This document shows, one piece after another, positions 1-12,896 of a stretch of DNA of 64,000 nt. Made by a program: the position numbers and the translations under genes. Location: the NCBI GenBank assembly GCA_021613535.1, contig CP075494.1, positions 3,906,001 to 3,970,000 on the forward strand. The letters are read 5' to 3'. Numbering within the stretch: position 1 is the stretch's first letter; every line of letters begins with the position of its first letter. The notes under the pieces are model-generated. The model saw only the letters and a list, made by a program, of their open reading frames with translations, ran no database searches and was not told the DNA's origin. The stretch is from Adineta vaga (Eukaryota; Animalia; Rotifera).

Positions 1-3000
1 TTGTTTAATTTGGGTTAACGTTAATTTTAATTTACGTTGTGTCCAAATCAGATTCACAAGAGATGTTATACTAGAATCTTGTAAACTAATTGATGGTGTA
101 TAAATATTTCCATAAAATTCTCGACTGAAGAAAACATCTACCTCATCTATTAATAGTATCTTAACACGTGTATTCCTCTCTTTCTTTTTCATCGAATTTA
201 ATTGACTATTATTACAAATTAATTGTTCTACTATTTGACGAATATCACAATTTTCATTGATAATATCTTCGCAAAGTTTATTGAATGTATTATAGTGAAT
301 ATGATTCAATATATCTAAGGAATCAAATAATGATCGTAATGTTGAATGATCTCTATGACTTAAATATTCACTATATGATGCACAACGAACATCAAAGCCA
401 AGCAATGCTAGAATACAAGCAGTTACACCTAATACAATCGATTTTCCTTCACCTGTTCCAACTTCAACTAAATTATTCATTAATTCTTCTTTTTTATCTC
501 CGATACCTAACATACGAAAGATTGCGATTACTTGAGCTGCATGTGGCTGAAAAAGATAGTGATTTTTATCGTTTAATCCTTCAACTTCAAAATAATATTT
601 CGCGTTTTGCAAAGTCCAAAGAGCAAATACACGAGCGACTAGTTTTAATGCTTTATCTCTAATAGTTGCAGTCCACTTAATATTATTCTTAATTTGTATC
701 GTACCTCCCGCGATTATCTGAATATCTGAAATCAACGAACCTAATTCCATCTTAGGTCGAAGATATTGATGAATTAAACTATCGTAAGTCTCACGAAATT
801 CATCATAACGTTTTTTTAATAGATTTTTCTCGATCTCATTACCTCGAATCTTGCTTAGAACATATTCGACTTGATATTTTTGAGTTTTTTCATTGAATAG
901 ATTTAAAACATAACCTTGAAATAGTGTATGTTCAGAAATGATACGTTGGCCTATACCATGACTATCTTCATTTAGAATTTTACCTAATCTTGTGAACATT
1001 AAAAAATCATGTTCAGTCTTATAATTATTTAATATTTCATCGATTTTCTCATTGATTTTTGTTTTTAATAATGGAATATTAGATCCAATAAGTTTAATAC
1101 TTTTTAAACTCTCTGCTACAATCGATAATGACTTTTCATTTTTTATTGAACATTCTAACCCATGAATTTTATCAAGAATTCTACTCTCAATGTTTTCAAT
1201 TATTTCTTTTACTTCATTATTCATCAATTTCATTTCTTCTTTAATTGCGATTAAATTCGAATAACATAAATTAAACGAATTAAAATCTGCATTAGCAGGT
1301 GTCAAGTCTTGTAAGAATTGATTCAAAAACGTTTCAATATCTGATCGAATCATATGAACTTTTTTCTCGAATGATATTACGCACGTTTGTTTAATTTTAT
1401 CGATATCAATTTTTATATGAAACTCACAAAAGACTTTTGCTTGACTTAAAATCGAAAATTTTTCATCTAATATTCGATAGAATTCATGACGTGATTTACT
1501 TAATTCTTTTGTAGCATTATTCAGAAGTTCTTGATTGATTAATTCATCTCCTAACTCGACAATTCTTTGTGATATTAATGATAACAATTCTAATGGAGAC
1601 TGTAGTTTTTCTAAACTTACGATAATACAATCGATATATGTACTTTCTTTTCTATATACCATAATCAGATTTAATTTTACTGAATAAATTATTCCATGTC
1701 GATGTCACTTGTAGAATTTTCAAAAGACGATCGATATCAACTATTTTCAACGCATCATCACGTTTTATTTGATATTTATTTGAATATTCTTTCATTTTGT
1801 TTGTCAATAGGTTGAATTTATGAATGAAATCGTCTTGAGAACATCTTCTCAATCGATCCGCGAAGATTATCAAGAAATTTCATAAATTCCATCAAATAAC
1901 AAAAGGTTTTCTGTATTTTTTCGATATTCTCCTGATTCTCGGACGATAAATGAAGATTAGAAAGACGATTGATAAAATATTGATATTTATCTTCAACTAT
2001 TTTTACTAAATTCTGTTCTTCATCCGAATATAATTGATCAATTTCCTTAATAAAATCTCTAAATTCGACTTTGTAATTATACAAATCTTTCATTTGATTC
2101 AATACTTCAATAATTCTATCCTGTTGCATACTTTCATTCAATCTATGAATCATATCTTGCACGTGTTTTCTAATTAAATCTAAACTTTTTCTGACTAATT
2201 TTTGTTTATATTGAAATTGTTTATATTCGATTAATTTCTCTCTCATCTGTTTGACATTATCACTATTAAAGATAGTTTGTAATTCTTTTTCATCATCGTC
2301 AACACATTGTCGAAGATATTTCTTACAAAGTTCTATTTCATCATCAAGATTCTTTCTTATTATATCCGGAAGATATTTCATTGCCGATTCTATTCTTTCA
2401 CTATGAATACTTTCTGACCAAAGTAATCGTTTTTCTTTTGCTTGTTCTAATTCTATTCGAAATTTGATGAGAATTGTTTCTTTCATCGTATTTATTGCTT
2501 CAATATAAATTCGACTAGTAAGATCTGTTTTATCAAAAAACTCTTTTGGCGGATTTAAATGATATTCATTTAAATCCATATTCGAATATTTTTCGATAAT
2601 ATTTTTTAGAATTTCTTTATCATGATATTCTTCTAAGTTACCAATACGATTGCAAATTTCGTTTGTACAAAATTTACCTAAAACTTTACGTATTAATTTC
2701 ATTGATTCAAGTTTTTGATTTGCTTCATATAAATGATGATTAATTAGAAGAACATGAATACATTCAAGAGAGATTTGAATTCGTTCTTCGATTAATTTTT
2801 CGATTTCTCCTATTGAATTTTCAATTTCATTCGGTTCATCTAAATGTATCTCTAAGGATTGTTTAACTTTTTCCATTCGTTCTAAATTTTCTACTATAGA
2901 TTCAATTAATTCAATTTCAATCTCATCTCGAAGTTTTATAACTTGTTTTTTTGTACCTTCGTAGATCTGTTTGAGATTCTGATTAATGAATCGTTTCGAA

Positions 3001-6000
3001 TCGATATAAGTTTCCTTTCCTATCTCATCCGATAACTGAAGTTCTCTGATCTTTATAGCTGCTGTTTCATAATCGAAAACTTTCATCGAATCTTTCATCT
3101 GTCGACTTAGATTTGTATTTTGTAATTCAACTAAATGACGATATTTACGATAAATCTCCTCGTACTTTTCTTCATCTAAATACCAATCTAATCTACTCAA
3201 TTCTTGTGCAAGAGATAATTTCATTTGTAAATGTTGAATATTATGTGTCGTAAGAAGTTTGGCCATTTCGTCACTTAATGTTTGTAAAAAATTGACTAAA
3301 GAATCTTTCCAATCTTTAGCAATTGTATGTTGATGAAAACAAGAGAAAACATAAGAATAATTCTTTTCAATTTCAATGATTTCTCGAAGATAATTGGAAA
3401 GATAACGAACTTTTTGTGATATATTTTGATCATTAGTTTTGATTTCATCAAAAGCATCGTTCATATTTTTATCAATGGTTTCACTGTAACTACTAATAAA
3501 TTTCTCTAATCCATTCAGAACCGTTCGACATTCGTTTTCCGATACGAGAGATATGTTTTGACAAGTATTTAAATAAGTCAAAGCTTTCTGAACTTTTTTG
3601 AGATCAAAACTTCTATTTACTTCATGTTTTTTCGTATCTAAATTCGGTATTTGATCAAATTCATGTTTGATTGCGTTAGCAAACCAAAGATCAATGTCAT
3701 CGATCATTGGTATTAAACTCGGAAAATCTTTCATTTGATGAATATCTATTATAATCCTAGAGACATCCTTGATTTTATCTACATTATCTAGATCTAAACT
3801 AATATTTCTGAATGATTGTTTCATTTCTTGAACATGTTCAGTCATTTGTTCAACTAAATTATCGATGATATTTTTAGGAAATTCTTGCCAATATTTCTCA
3901 ATCCATCGAGCATTTTGTAAATCCAAGAGAACTTTTCGAAGTTGTTGATACTTTGCTTCACTTTTATGTTGAAAGAAAACTCGTAAGAGTTCATCAACTT
4001 CTTGTTTATATTGATGAACATAATTAATTAACTTTTCTATTGTATTATGATACGTTAAATTTGTTCGATGTGCTATATTAACTATTTCTCGAAGTAAATC
4101 CATTTGATTCATCGAGGATTCTAATGTATCTAATGCATTTTTATTCTCAAATTGTATCTGAATATTCTTAACAATTTGATTAAAATATGTCTCGATTTTC
4201 GATGAGAATTCTTCGTGAATCTTTTGAATTTCGTCTTTTGAAATATGTTGATGAAGACTATATGTTTGTAAAGCTAATTCAAGTAGAGACATACAATTCT
4301 TAAGACTATCTGTATCGATGATTTCTAATCGTTCTTGTGTGAAAATCTCGTTTGAACTTCGAACTAATTCGTTTAGAAAATTAAGAAAATATTTCTTGCA
4401 TTCGATATATTTGATTTCTAAATTCTGACTTTCTAAATGATCTTTTAAGATAATAAACACATTGAATAATTGACTGATCATAGTAGCACTTTGCTCGAAC
4501 TGATAAGATGATGTACAGTTTTCGAAAGATTGAACTACATGGTCGATTTTGTCAGAGAGAAGTTGACAAACTTCCTGATATTTGTTGGTTATAGTGGAAA
4601 AGCAATTGGAAAGAAGTTTGATTTTATCTAAATAGATTTTTACTAATTCATCATCTATATTTTTGTTTCCTAGATCGGTACACATGCGAATTACTTGTTG
4701 ATCAATATATTGAGTAAATGCACTACTATGAATTAATTGCTCACCTAAATGATCATTTCGAAGTTTTTCTGCAAGATTTGCACGATCAATGTATATTTTG
4801 CACTCTTCAATATCTTTCTCATTTAAAACTATTTGATGAAGTAAACAACTATCGAAAAAGGTAATAGCAGTATGATATTCTTTCGAAAGATGTTGATTGA
4901 TATAATGAATACATTCATTGTAAACATCAATATATTTCTGATCAAGTTCATCATTCAAATGTTTTAACTGATCTAATCGATATTTTATCAAATCGTACTC
5001 AAAACGTTTTAACGCAGACTTAATGCTCAGTTGATATTTACTAATTTGTTCGTATAGAATAGTTTTCGACTTTATCGTTGTAAAGAATTGAAAAACTTCG
5101 TCAGGACGACTAATGGGATCATTACGCATAAGTTTATCAAGAATTTCTCCAGGAGCATCTTTAATTGGATCTATACACAATGGACCTTTTTCTGTTTTAC
5201 GCAACATATCTCGAAACAGATTCATAAAACTCGCATCAGATTCTTCTTGATCATTTAATGTATCTAGAATATTCTTTAGCTTTGCATGAATATTATCTCT
5301 TTCATCGAGTGGATATTTTGTAAATATATATGAGAAAGAATCGATTGTATCTGCAATATTTTGTACTAATCCTGTTAGGATGTACGCTAGATTTTTCAAG
5401 CCTTCGGATCTATCACCAATACTTTGATAACTAATTAGTACTACTGGTAGAACACTTTTACATTCTCGTATTGCCTTAACAATCGCTATTGCATTGCCAA
5501 TATCGACTTCAGGACTTCTAGTATCTTCAAATCCAGGACTATCACATAATATAATACTACCTTTTCTATAAATAGGGACATCAGCAAAGTTAACAGTGAT
5601 GGGTATGATATAACGAGTTTCAGACTTCGCAAATGGTGAAGTTGTAATATTTTTCGCATCTAAATTTGTAATCTTTGTCGGAGTAATATGATTTAATCCG
5701 TTAACTTTCTGCCGTTCTAATTTCGAACCAGCAAAAAAATGAATCAAAGTAGATTTTCCTGATCCAGTACCTCCGAGAAAGAATATAACATCTTTATTTT
5801 TTATTTTCTCTGCAACAGTATCGATTCTTTTAATAATTCGAAATAATTCGGATACATTCAGAGGGCTTATCTGCTCGCGAGTCTTGTTAATCAACGTCAA
5901 AGAAGATTTCCAATCTCCATTTCTCATATATAGTGATAATTTCTCAAGTAAATTTTGAATGATAGAAAATGATTCTCCTTCTAATTTCAGTCTTTCTTTC

Positions 6001-6764
6001 AAACATAAACATTCATTTTCTACTTCTGTTTCTATCCTATTAGGTATGGAAATATTCTTGTTGAGTTCTACAATTTCACCATGTAACTTGAGAGAGATAT
6101 AAAAACGTAAACATAAAACAGATTTCTCGACACATGATGGCATAGAGAAGAAATCATTATACATATTTTCCAGCTCTTCTGTTAATATCTTAGATCTCAA
6201 AACGTTCTCGCTCTCGACTTCTAATTCTGGTATTGAGTCATTTTCTGCATAAAAAAATTCATCATTACTTGATTTGTCCATAGTAGAATATTGAAGTTCT
6301 TCGACTAGTTGTAACAAAGTGCGAATAGTTGCATTGGAACTTTCTTCCGGATCATCGTATTTTGTTTCATTTGTTAACTGTAATTCAATATTTGGATAAA
6401 CATTTTTAAATGAATTCTGTAATGTGTTTAAATCGATGTTAGAGCTACTGAACGAATCAACAAGTTCGGCTCGTTCAATACTTCCGTTTGATGTACATTT
6501 AAGGAATATTCCAATCCAATATACATCATTGAATTGATAAGGTATAAGAATAATACATTCTTGATATTGTAATGCTTTCGCTTCTTGTAATCGTGTTGTC
6601 CATTCATTAGCCACATTATTATGAACAGTAGGTAATACATGATTAAATTTTGAGCACTGTTCAGAATACTGATGACGTAAGTTTTTTAATCCATCTGATA
6701 ATTTGTCATAAACGCGATCTTGTAGATCCTTATTCGAATTGTTGCTTTGATTGCTATTACCCAT
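1..6764 (-). CDS. Giant P-loop GTPase / long helical region / SecA-like SF2 DEAD ATPase protein (3' end beyond window; two apparent frameshifts)
   Basis: ORF 1818-6764 has Walker A GGTGSGKS and G3-like DSPGFED. Coding continues through 1652-1873 and then a third frame open from ~1719 to base 1. My translation of that frame gives FQPHAAQV, EVGTGEGKS (439-459) and LLIDEVD (DEVD at 136-147), matching the SecA motifs TGEGKT/DEVD. Confidence 0.8.
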
Positions 6765-7844
6765 TGCATTAACGGATCTTTATTTTATGACTTGCTGGAT
6801 CGAACAGTTGTGAAGCTCAAAACCAATACATCTCCAAACAATTTCTAAAAACAAAAGAATCACATTGATTTTGATATTTCGATGTTTTTTTCTACAGTAT
6901 CTCTGCATATTAATATTTATATCCAAGAGTAAATGCATTTTCTAAAACGAAACATAAACAGATAAAACAGAAAGAAAGAAAGTAAATGAATTTTCTGTTC
7001 TATCGAAGCAACTGCAGTTAAGGCAAAACTTCGCGTACTCACTTTTGAATGTAAAAACAGCGTTAAACTGAGATAGTAAATGTAAAGATAACATATAAAG
7101 CGACGCATATGATAAAACCATTACAAAACATATTAACTCGTAGAGCAGCAGACTATCTGAATGAAGGTGATGCAAAATAATACGTCTATATTTATACTCT
7201 CACCTTCAATCAACCAATTTTTCTGAAATAATACTGTTAAAGCAACGTAAAATGAATCTTTTCGATTCTCTTCGCAAAAAGTGTGATATTTTATATTGAC
7301 TGAATGCATTAGATTCGCTTATCACCGTTGCGTTGTAAAGAATCTTTCATAATTATATTGTACTAAGCCATCTTGGCAATTCTTTTACCGATATTAGTGA
7401 CAACTGATTAATACTTTTATCTATTCCTTTTTAATTATTTGTTTGATATAATAAATTAGTCAATACTTAACTGTTTATAAACTAGACTTAATTGAATAGA
7501 CATTAAAATAAAATGAGTTAAATAGGTTAAAAAATTCACTCTAAAAATTGAGAATCTGAATGTGGGTGCAGTGTGTTGATGTTTCTCCTTCCATTATCCA
7601 CACTCACACCGTCATAGACGGTCTCATTACTGATTACAAAAACGACATATTCCAATATATCATGAGGCTGACACGACACGTGATAAATATATTTTTCAAT
7701 CAGAAGGAAAGTTATAACGATTCTTCAGTTTGGAGCAGAAGAAAATAGTGAAAGAATAAAATACGTTTTATCTCAAGTAAATAGAAGATTTTTTTATTCG
7801 TTTATCCATCTCAAAAAAATATACTTGTTTCATTCTCCGAAAAC

Positions 7845-10183
7845 ATGTATGAAAGCCTACAAGCAACTGACTGTAAAGATCATTGGGAAGAAAAAGAAAT
7901 TATCCTTGAAAGAGTAAGTTTGAAGTAAAGAAAATTACGTATTATTGTTCTATATTCTTTCTCTGACAGTCTATTGTTGACGACATTACTTCTCTTGGCT
8001 TTGCGATTGCTGGTGGCAATGATCGACCTATTGTTAAGAACTTCGCATATATTGTTGTGGTTCGTATCATCGAAAATGGTTTAGCAGATATTGATAAACA
8101 GTTGAGGTGAGTGAATGTTTGGATGTCAGAGAACGATAATGAGTTTGTTTTCCTAGATTGTACGATATAATTTTACGTGTAAATGATACTGATTATTCAA
8201 ATATTAAACATCAGACAGCTGCTGAGAGATTGAAAATGTCAGGAAAGAAAGTTGCATTAGTAAGTACTACTTTAAATATTTCTATTTTAATTTATGATAT
8301 CTGCTTTCTACTTATAACATATAGCGAATTCGTCGTCTTACACCTCGATTTATGGAGATTATTGAGTTAGAACATGAAAGTGGAAAACTAGGAATTGCAA
8401 TAGAAGGTGGTATTGGAAGTGAATATTTCAAAGGGTTTGTTTAGCATTTCTTATACCTTCGATTCATGAAAATCTTTCAGAGATCATGGTGTATTTATTA
8501 CTCAAATCTCCAGTCGAATTAGCAAACAGTTGAATGTTGATGATCGATTAATAGAAATCTCATCCACAGTGAGATGTGTGACAAACCTTTTGCTCCTTTT
8601 GTAAATTTTCTTTGCGCAACTTTTAGAAAAACACGTACGATCTACGATTTGTGACACATAGTGAAGCTAAAAAACGGATTGGGTTAGCATGTTCAGATAG
8701 TCCGAAGGTGAAATTGACTGTTAGTAATCATACGAGAACACCGATAAGGTAAATTGATCAGAAAATATTGATTATGTAAATTTAACAAGCAATGTTTTAG
8801 GGTCACTCAAAAACCAATCATTCTGCATTCAGACCAACATAATCCTCGAGCAACAAAAGACGAAAGTAAAAGTTTAAAGTTTTGATTTATTTCATTCGAG
8901 TATTTAATTCTCTTTGGTAGACAGTAAAAATAAACGAATGATTTCACATCAAGGTCAATATGATCAATGTAACTACAGAGACGAAGAAAGTAATAATATA
9001 ACTTAATTTCTGCTTTGTTTTTGTCTATAAAGCCACTCTTCCAAGCAACAACAGTAACCATAGCAGAAATTCGGAACCAACCAGATCGATAGTACCGCTG
9101 CACAAGAATATAAATGAGCAAATATTAATAGAATCATTCGATTTCGAAGGTGAGCTATGCAATTTTGAATCTGAAACTACATGTAACGCTTCTGTCATAT
9201 GTCATTTAAGATTATCAGCGATATGAAAGTCACAATAAATCACACACGATTGGCTATCGTACGAAGAGTACAATATTATCGCGTACTCCTCCTAATGCCG
9301 ATTTACAAATTCATCTTACAATAGCTCGAAAGATCGGTGTATTGCAGTTTGATCAGAAAAATCTAAAAGAAGTAATTCTTAAATAGATTCCGTTTCATAT
9401 TCTTCTTCATTAATAGATTCCACCTGAAATTTGTTCACTGTCTGGCTTGCGTACTCTATCTTTAAATGGTAACGACATCCAATTGCTTCCGGATGATTTA
9501 AGAAATTTGATCAATTTAAAGAATCTCTTTTTGAAATATAATCAAATCGGTAAACTACAGTTTATCATATCGTATTCTTTTGCAAAATGTCTGTTTAGAA
9601 TCTTTACCTTCGATTATTTTTACTCATCATTTATCAAAATTAGAGGTTCTTCAACTAAATGGCAATCTTCTATGTTCTCTACCTGCATCATTTTCCCATT
9701 TAACAACACTGAAACAACTAAATCTTTCAAAAAATAATTTTCCCACAATTCCTCAAGCAATTTTATATTTACCTAATTTACAACTACTCGATCTCTCAAC
9801 TAATTGTATCAGAGAAATTAAGGATGAAATCGAATTTTTAGGAGTAGATGAGTTAAATTTAAATAATAATCAAGTAAGTGTGTTGCTAGAGTAATTATAT
9901 CGATGTTTCTTTACTTTTTTTCTCTTTCAAGATTTGTCAAATTTCAACAAATATATCAAAATGTAAACGGTTGAAAATTCTTCGATTGGACAATAACAAG
10001 CTCATGCTAAAGTCGATTCCTATTTCATTATTAAAAAACTCTATTGTATATCAATTGAGTATTAACGGTAATTTGTTTGACGAAACACAATTTCAACTGG
10101 TCGAAGGTTATGATGATTATGAAAGACGGTATACGGCAAACCAACGCAAACGAGATGCAACTGCGATACTTCTATTGACTTAA
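7845..10183 (+). CDS. Multi-exon protein: two Dlg-like PDZ domains fused to an LRRC57-like leucine-rich repeat region
   Basis: A GT-AG splice model from ATG 7845 gives SLGFAIAGG (PDZ1) and KLGIAIEGG...DHGVFITQI (PDZ2), a linker, then LQIHLTIARKIGVLQF, LRRs and the tail VEGYDDYERRYTA. These resemble LRRC57 (LRAHVETAQKTGVFQL ... LEGYDKYMERFTA). Confidence 0.8.
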
Positions 10184-10664
10184 CAGCTCACTTCTAAAAA
10201 GTGAATTTCTTGTGATAATATTTTCATTTGAGATTATAAGAGATAATTTTCTTTTATAAAGAGAAAGTATAGGATATGTTTGACTTAATCATATTTTAGT
10301 ATGAATATTTATTCCAGTGCATCTACACCTCAGTCAATACATAGATCATCTTGAGGGTGAGAGTGTGGGTGACAGCAGATATGAATACCCACCACACCCT
10401 CAAAATTTTAAACCAACATTCAAGAATAACATTTTGTTTTTATATCCATGTGATTTTGTATCATGGCTCTTATAACGAGAAAAACATACAAACGTTGTGT
10501 GTGCGTCATGCATCATCGGTTTTCCTTTTTTTATCATATCATGTTGTTATGTTGCCAGATTCTCATACTATCTATTGCATAAAACAAACTAAATACATTA
10601 ACATTCTCATCGTAATCCTACAAATAGAGTGCATGGTACCTTTCTTTTTAGGTATTTCGTCTAG

Positions 10665-11942
10665 ATGATGCAGAAATCATGGCGAATAACGATCATATTA
10701 TTTCCAATATTAATGATTGTATTAAGCATGTTTTTACGTCATGAACTATTAAATGTAATAAAATCGCATCAAACATGGCTCTTAAATTTCTACAGTAAAC
10801 TTAAGATGAATAGCGACGAACAACAACCATATAATTGTCATTGGTCTTTTGTAAATTATACACCGAACAGTTGGGAAAATATGTGGTATGATAATATTGG
10901 AACTTTTCAAACGAATGTTTGCGAACAATTATCTAACGATGAAAATTTAAATAAAACAATTTTGATGATACAATTGATAACTATGTTACAAAAATCAGGC
11001 AGATATGATACTAGTATAGAACAATTACAAATCGATAATATTTTCTCAACTATGTTTTATCGTTATGAATGTATTAATCCTCGTACACTTAGAACATCGA
11101 AAATAATTGAAGTATCACATTCTATAGAACCTTTAATAGGTTTATTACGAGATCCATTCAGTATTTGTTCTCGTTTACACACATCTATAGTACCTTTATC
11201 ACTTTATGATGGAGCAAACTTACAATCAAAACGATCTATTCTCTTATCGGTTTCAGCACCATTTTATACACATTCAATACTGTCAGATTCCAAATATTTA
11301 AATGATCTATCTGTTATTTCTGATGATGATAATAATAATAACAACAATGTATTACCATGGATGTATCAACGCCTATCACATACGAATATTGATAAGGAAA
11401 TTCACATACGAAATCCAAAAGTTATTCTTCTTGATTTAGGAAGTTCTTATTTTAATGGTTGGAAAAGCGATACAACAGCCGCTGCAGGACAATGGTTATA
11501 CGAATATTATAAACGTTTTAATGTTAAATTTGATCGAATTATTGCTTTTGAATTCTCTCTATTAGATCAGGAAATTGTCTGGAAAGAATTACCTGATGAT
11601 GTATTTCCTATCTATACTTTTATCAATGTTGGTGTTACTGAAAATGGAAAATTTAATCCGTGGACAATGTTAAAAACAATTGCTCAACCATTCGATCATA
11701 TTATTGTTAAACTAGATATTGATACAACTGTTCTAGAAAATGTATTAATAAATCAAATATTAACTGATCCAAGTATTCACACTCTAATCGATGAACTTTT
11801 GTTTGAACATCATGTCACAATTAATGAGATGATGCCTTATTGGGGAAATATGGGACATTCATTAAAAGGTTCATTAGAAGATTCATACATATTATTTACT
11901 AAGCTACGACAACTTGGAATAAGAGCTCATTCGTGGCCATGA
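10665..11942 (+). CDS. Membrane-anchored FkbM-like SAM-dependent methyltransferase-family protein
   Basis: Intronless 425-aa ORF with an N-terminal hydrophobic anchor and motifs ILLDLGSS, IAFE, VKLDID and DELLFEHH. Confidence 0.65.
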   Translation: MMQKSWRITIILFPILMIVLSMFLRHELLNVIKSHQTWLLNFYSKLKMNSDEQQPYNCHWSFVNYTPNSWENMWYDNIGTFQTNVCEQLSNDENLNKTILMIQLITMLQKSGRYDTSIEQLQIDNIFSTMFYRYECINPRTLRTSKIIEVSHSIEPLIGLLRDPFSICSRLHTSIVPLSLYDGANLQSKRSILLSVSAPFYTHSILSDSKYLNDLSVISDDDNNNNNNVLPWMYQRLSHTNIDKEIHIRNPKVILLDLGSSYFNGWKSDTTAAAGQWLYEYYKRFNVKFDRIIAFEFSLLDQEIVWKELPDDVFPIYTFINVGVTENGKFNPWTMLKTIAQPFDHIIVKLDIDTTVLENVLINQILTDPSIHTLIDELLFEHHVTINEMMPYWGNMGHSLKGSLEDSYILFTKLRQLGIRAHSWP

Positions 11943-12695
11943 CAAAATATGGAAACGTGAGAGTGAATGAGACACGATACTAGTTAGAAAATAAAACTTC
12001 ATGTTCTGATAAAAGGGTGTGGTTGTGGGTGAGATTGGTTCTTACTGTAGCTCCACTTTCATTCACGCCCTCAAATTTTCCCAATCAGTACTATAGCAGG
12101 CATGCCTATTATAATTTGGATATCAGAAATACTCAAAAGTTTCACTAAACAAAACACAATATACAACGACGCCAACAGAATGTCTAGTTTTCCAAATCAT
12201 TGTATCATCTACACTTTTTTCGATAAAATACCTCATTTTCTTTATTTCGTCCACTGATATAAAATTTTCACATGCATACATAATATTTCACCTTACTCTA
12301 GATATATTATCAAACGCAGAACTTATTTTTGCATATTCTACATCATAAAGAATATTATTAAAAAGTTCCGGTGATTTTACACGTTTGATTTTTGAATAAA
12401 ACTTTATAAGCAATTCAAATTAGAGCTACTTGAAGATTTATACCCTTGAGAAAGATCGAAACACACCCACGCCCTTTCGGGAAGCAGTCTCTTACGCAGC
12501 TCATGATAAAATTTTGTAATCAAAAAGACATTTATTTGACCGATTAGATTTTTTTCAAATAAAACAGATGTACAAAGTTAAGTGTGAAAACATACAAAGA
12601 AACAAAATTGATTAAAATAAATAATTCTCATAATTAAAATATACGGGTATGATTAACATTGATTTTTATATATTACAGGGAGATCTTTCGCCTAT

Positions 12696-12896
12696 TTATG
12701 GAGTGGGTGCCATAAATGCTGGTAAACACAATGTGGGACACGCAACTGTTCCACCTAAAGGTGTTAAAGTTGGAACTGCAAGTGACATACATTTTGCTAA
12801 GCATGCAGCATAGGCCACTGGTCCAGCGTCTGTCATATTCAGTAAGCAACTTGCAATTAATGCGATGAGTACGATTTTGACGAGGAGATTTACCAT
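12696..12896 (-). CDS. Small secreted cysteine-rich peptide (GP..Y..C...C ... C...C....APTP type)
   Basis: Signal peptide followed by AGPVAYAACLAKC ... ACPTLCLPAFMAPTP; an AATAAA-type signal lies downstream. Confidence 0.75.
   Translation of the reverse strand: MVNLLVKIVLIALIASCLLNMTDAGPVAYAACLAKCMSLAVPTLTPLGGTVACPTLCLPAFMAPTP

Noticed and set aside
285-662. 125-aa plus-strand ORF
   Set aside because: Antisense shadow of the SecA-like coding frame; no motifs.
8807-9121. 104-aa minus-strand ORF
   Set aside because: Antisense to exons and introns of the PDZ-LRR gene.
10351-10668. 105-aa ORF abutting the methyltransferase (operon-like overlap)
   Set aside because: TTG start within the telomeric hairpin, no coding features, eukaryotic context.
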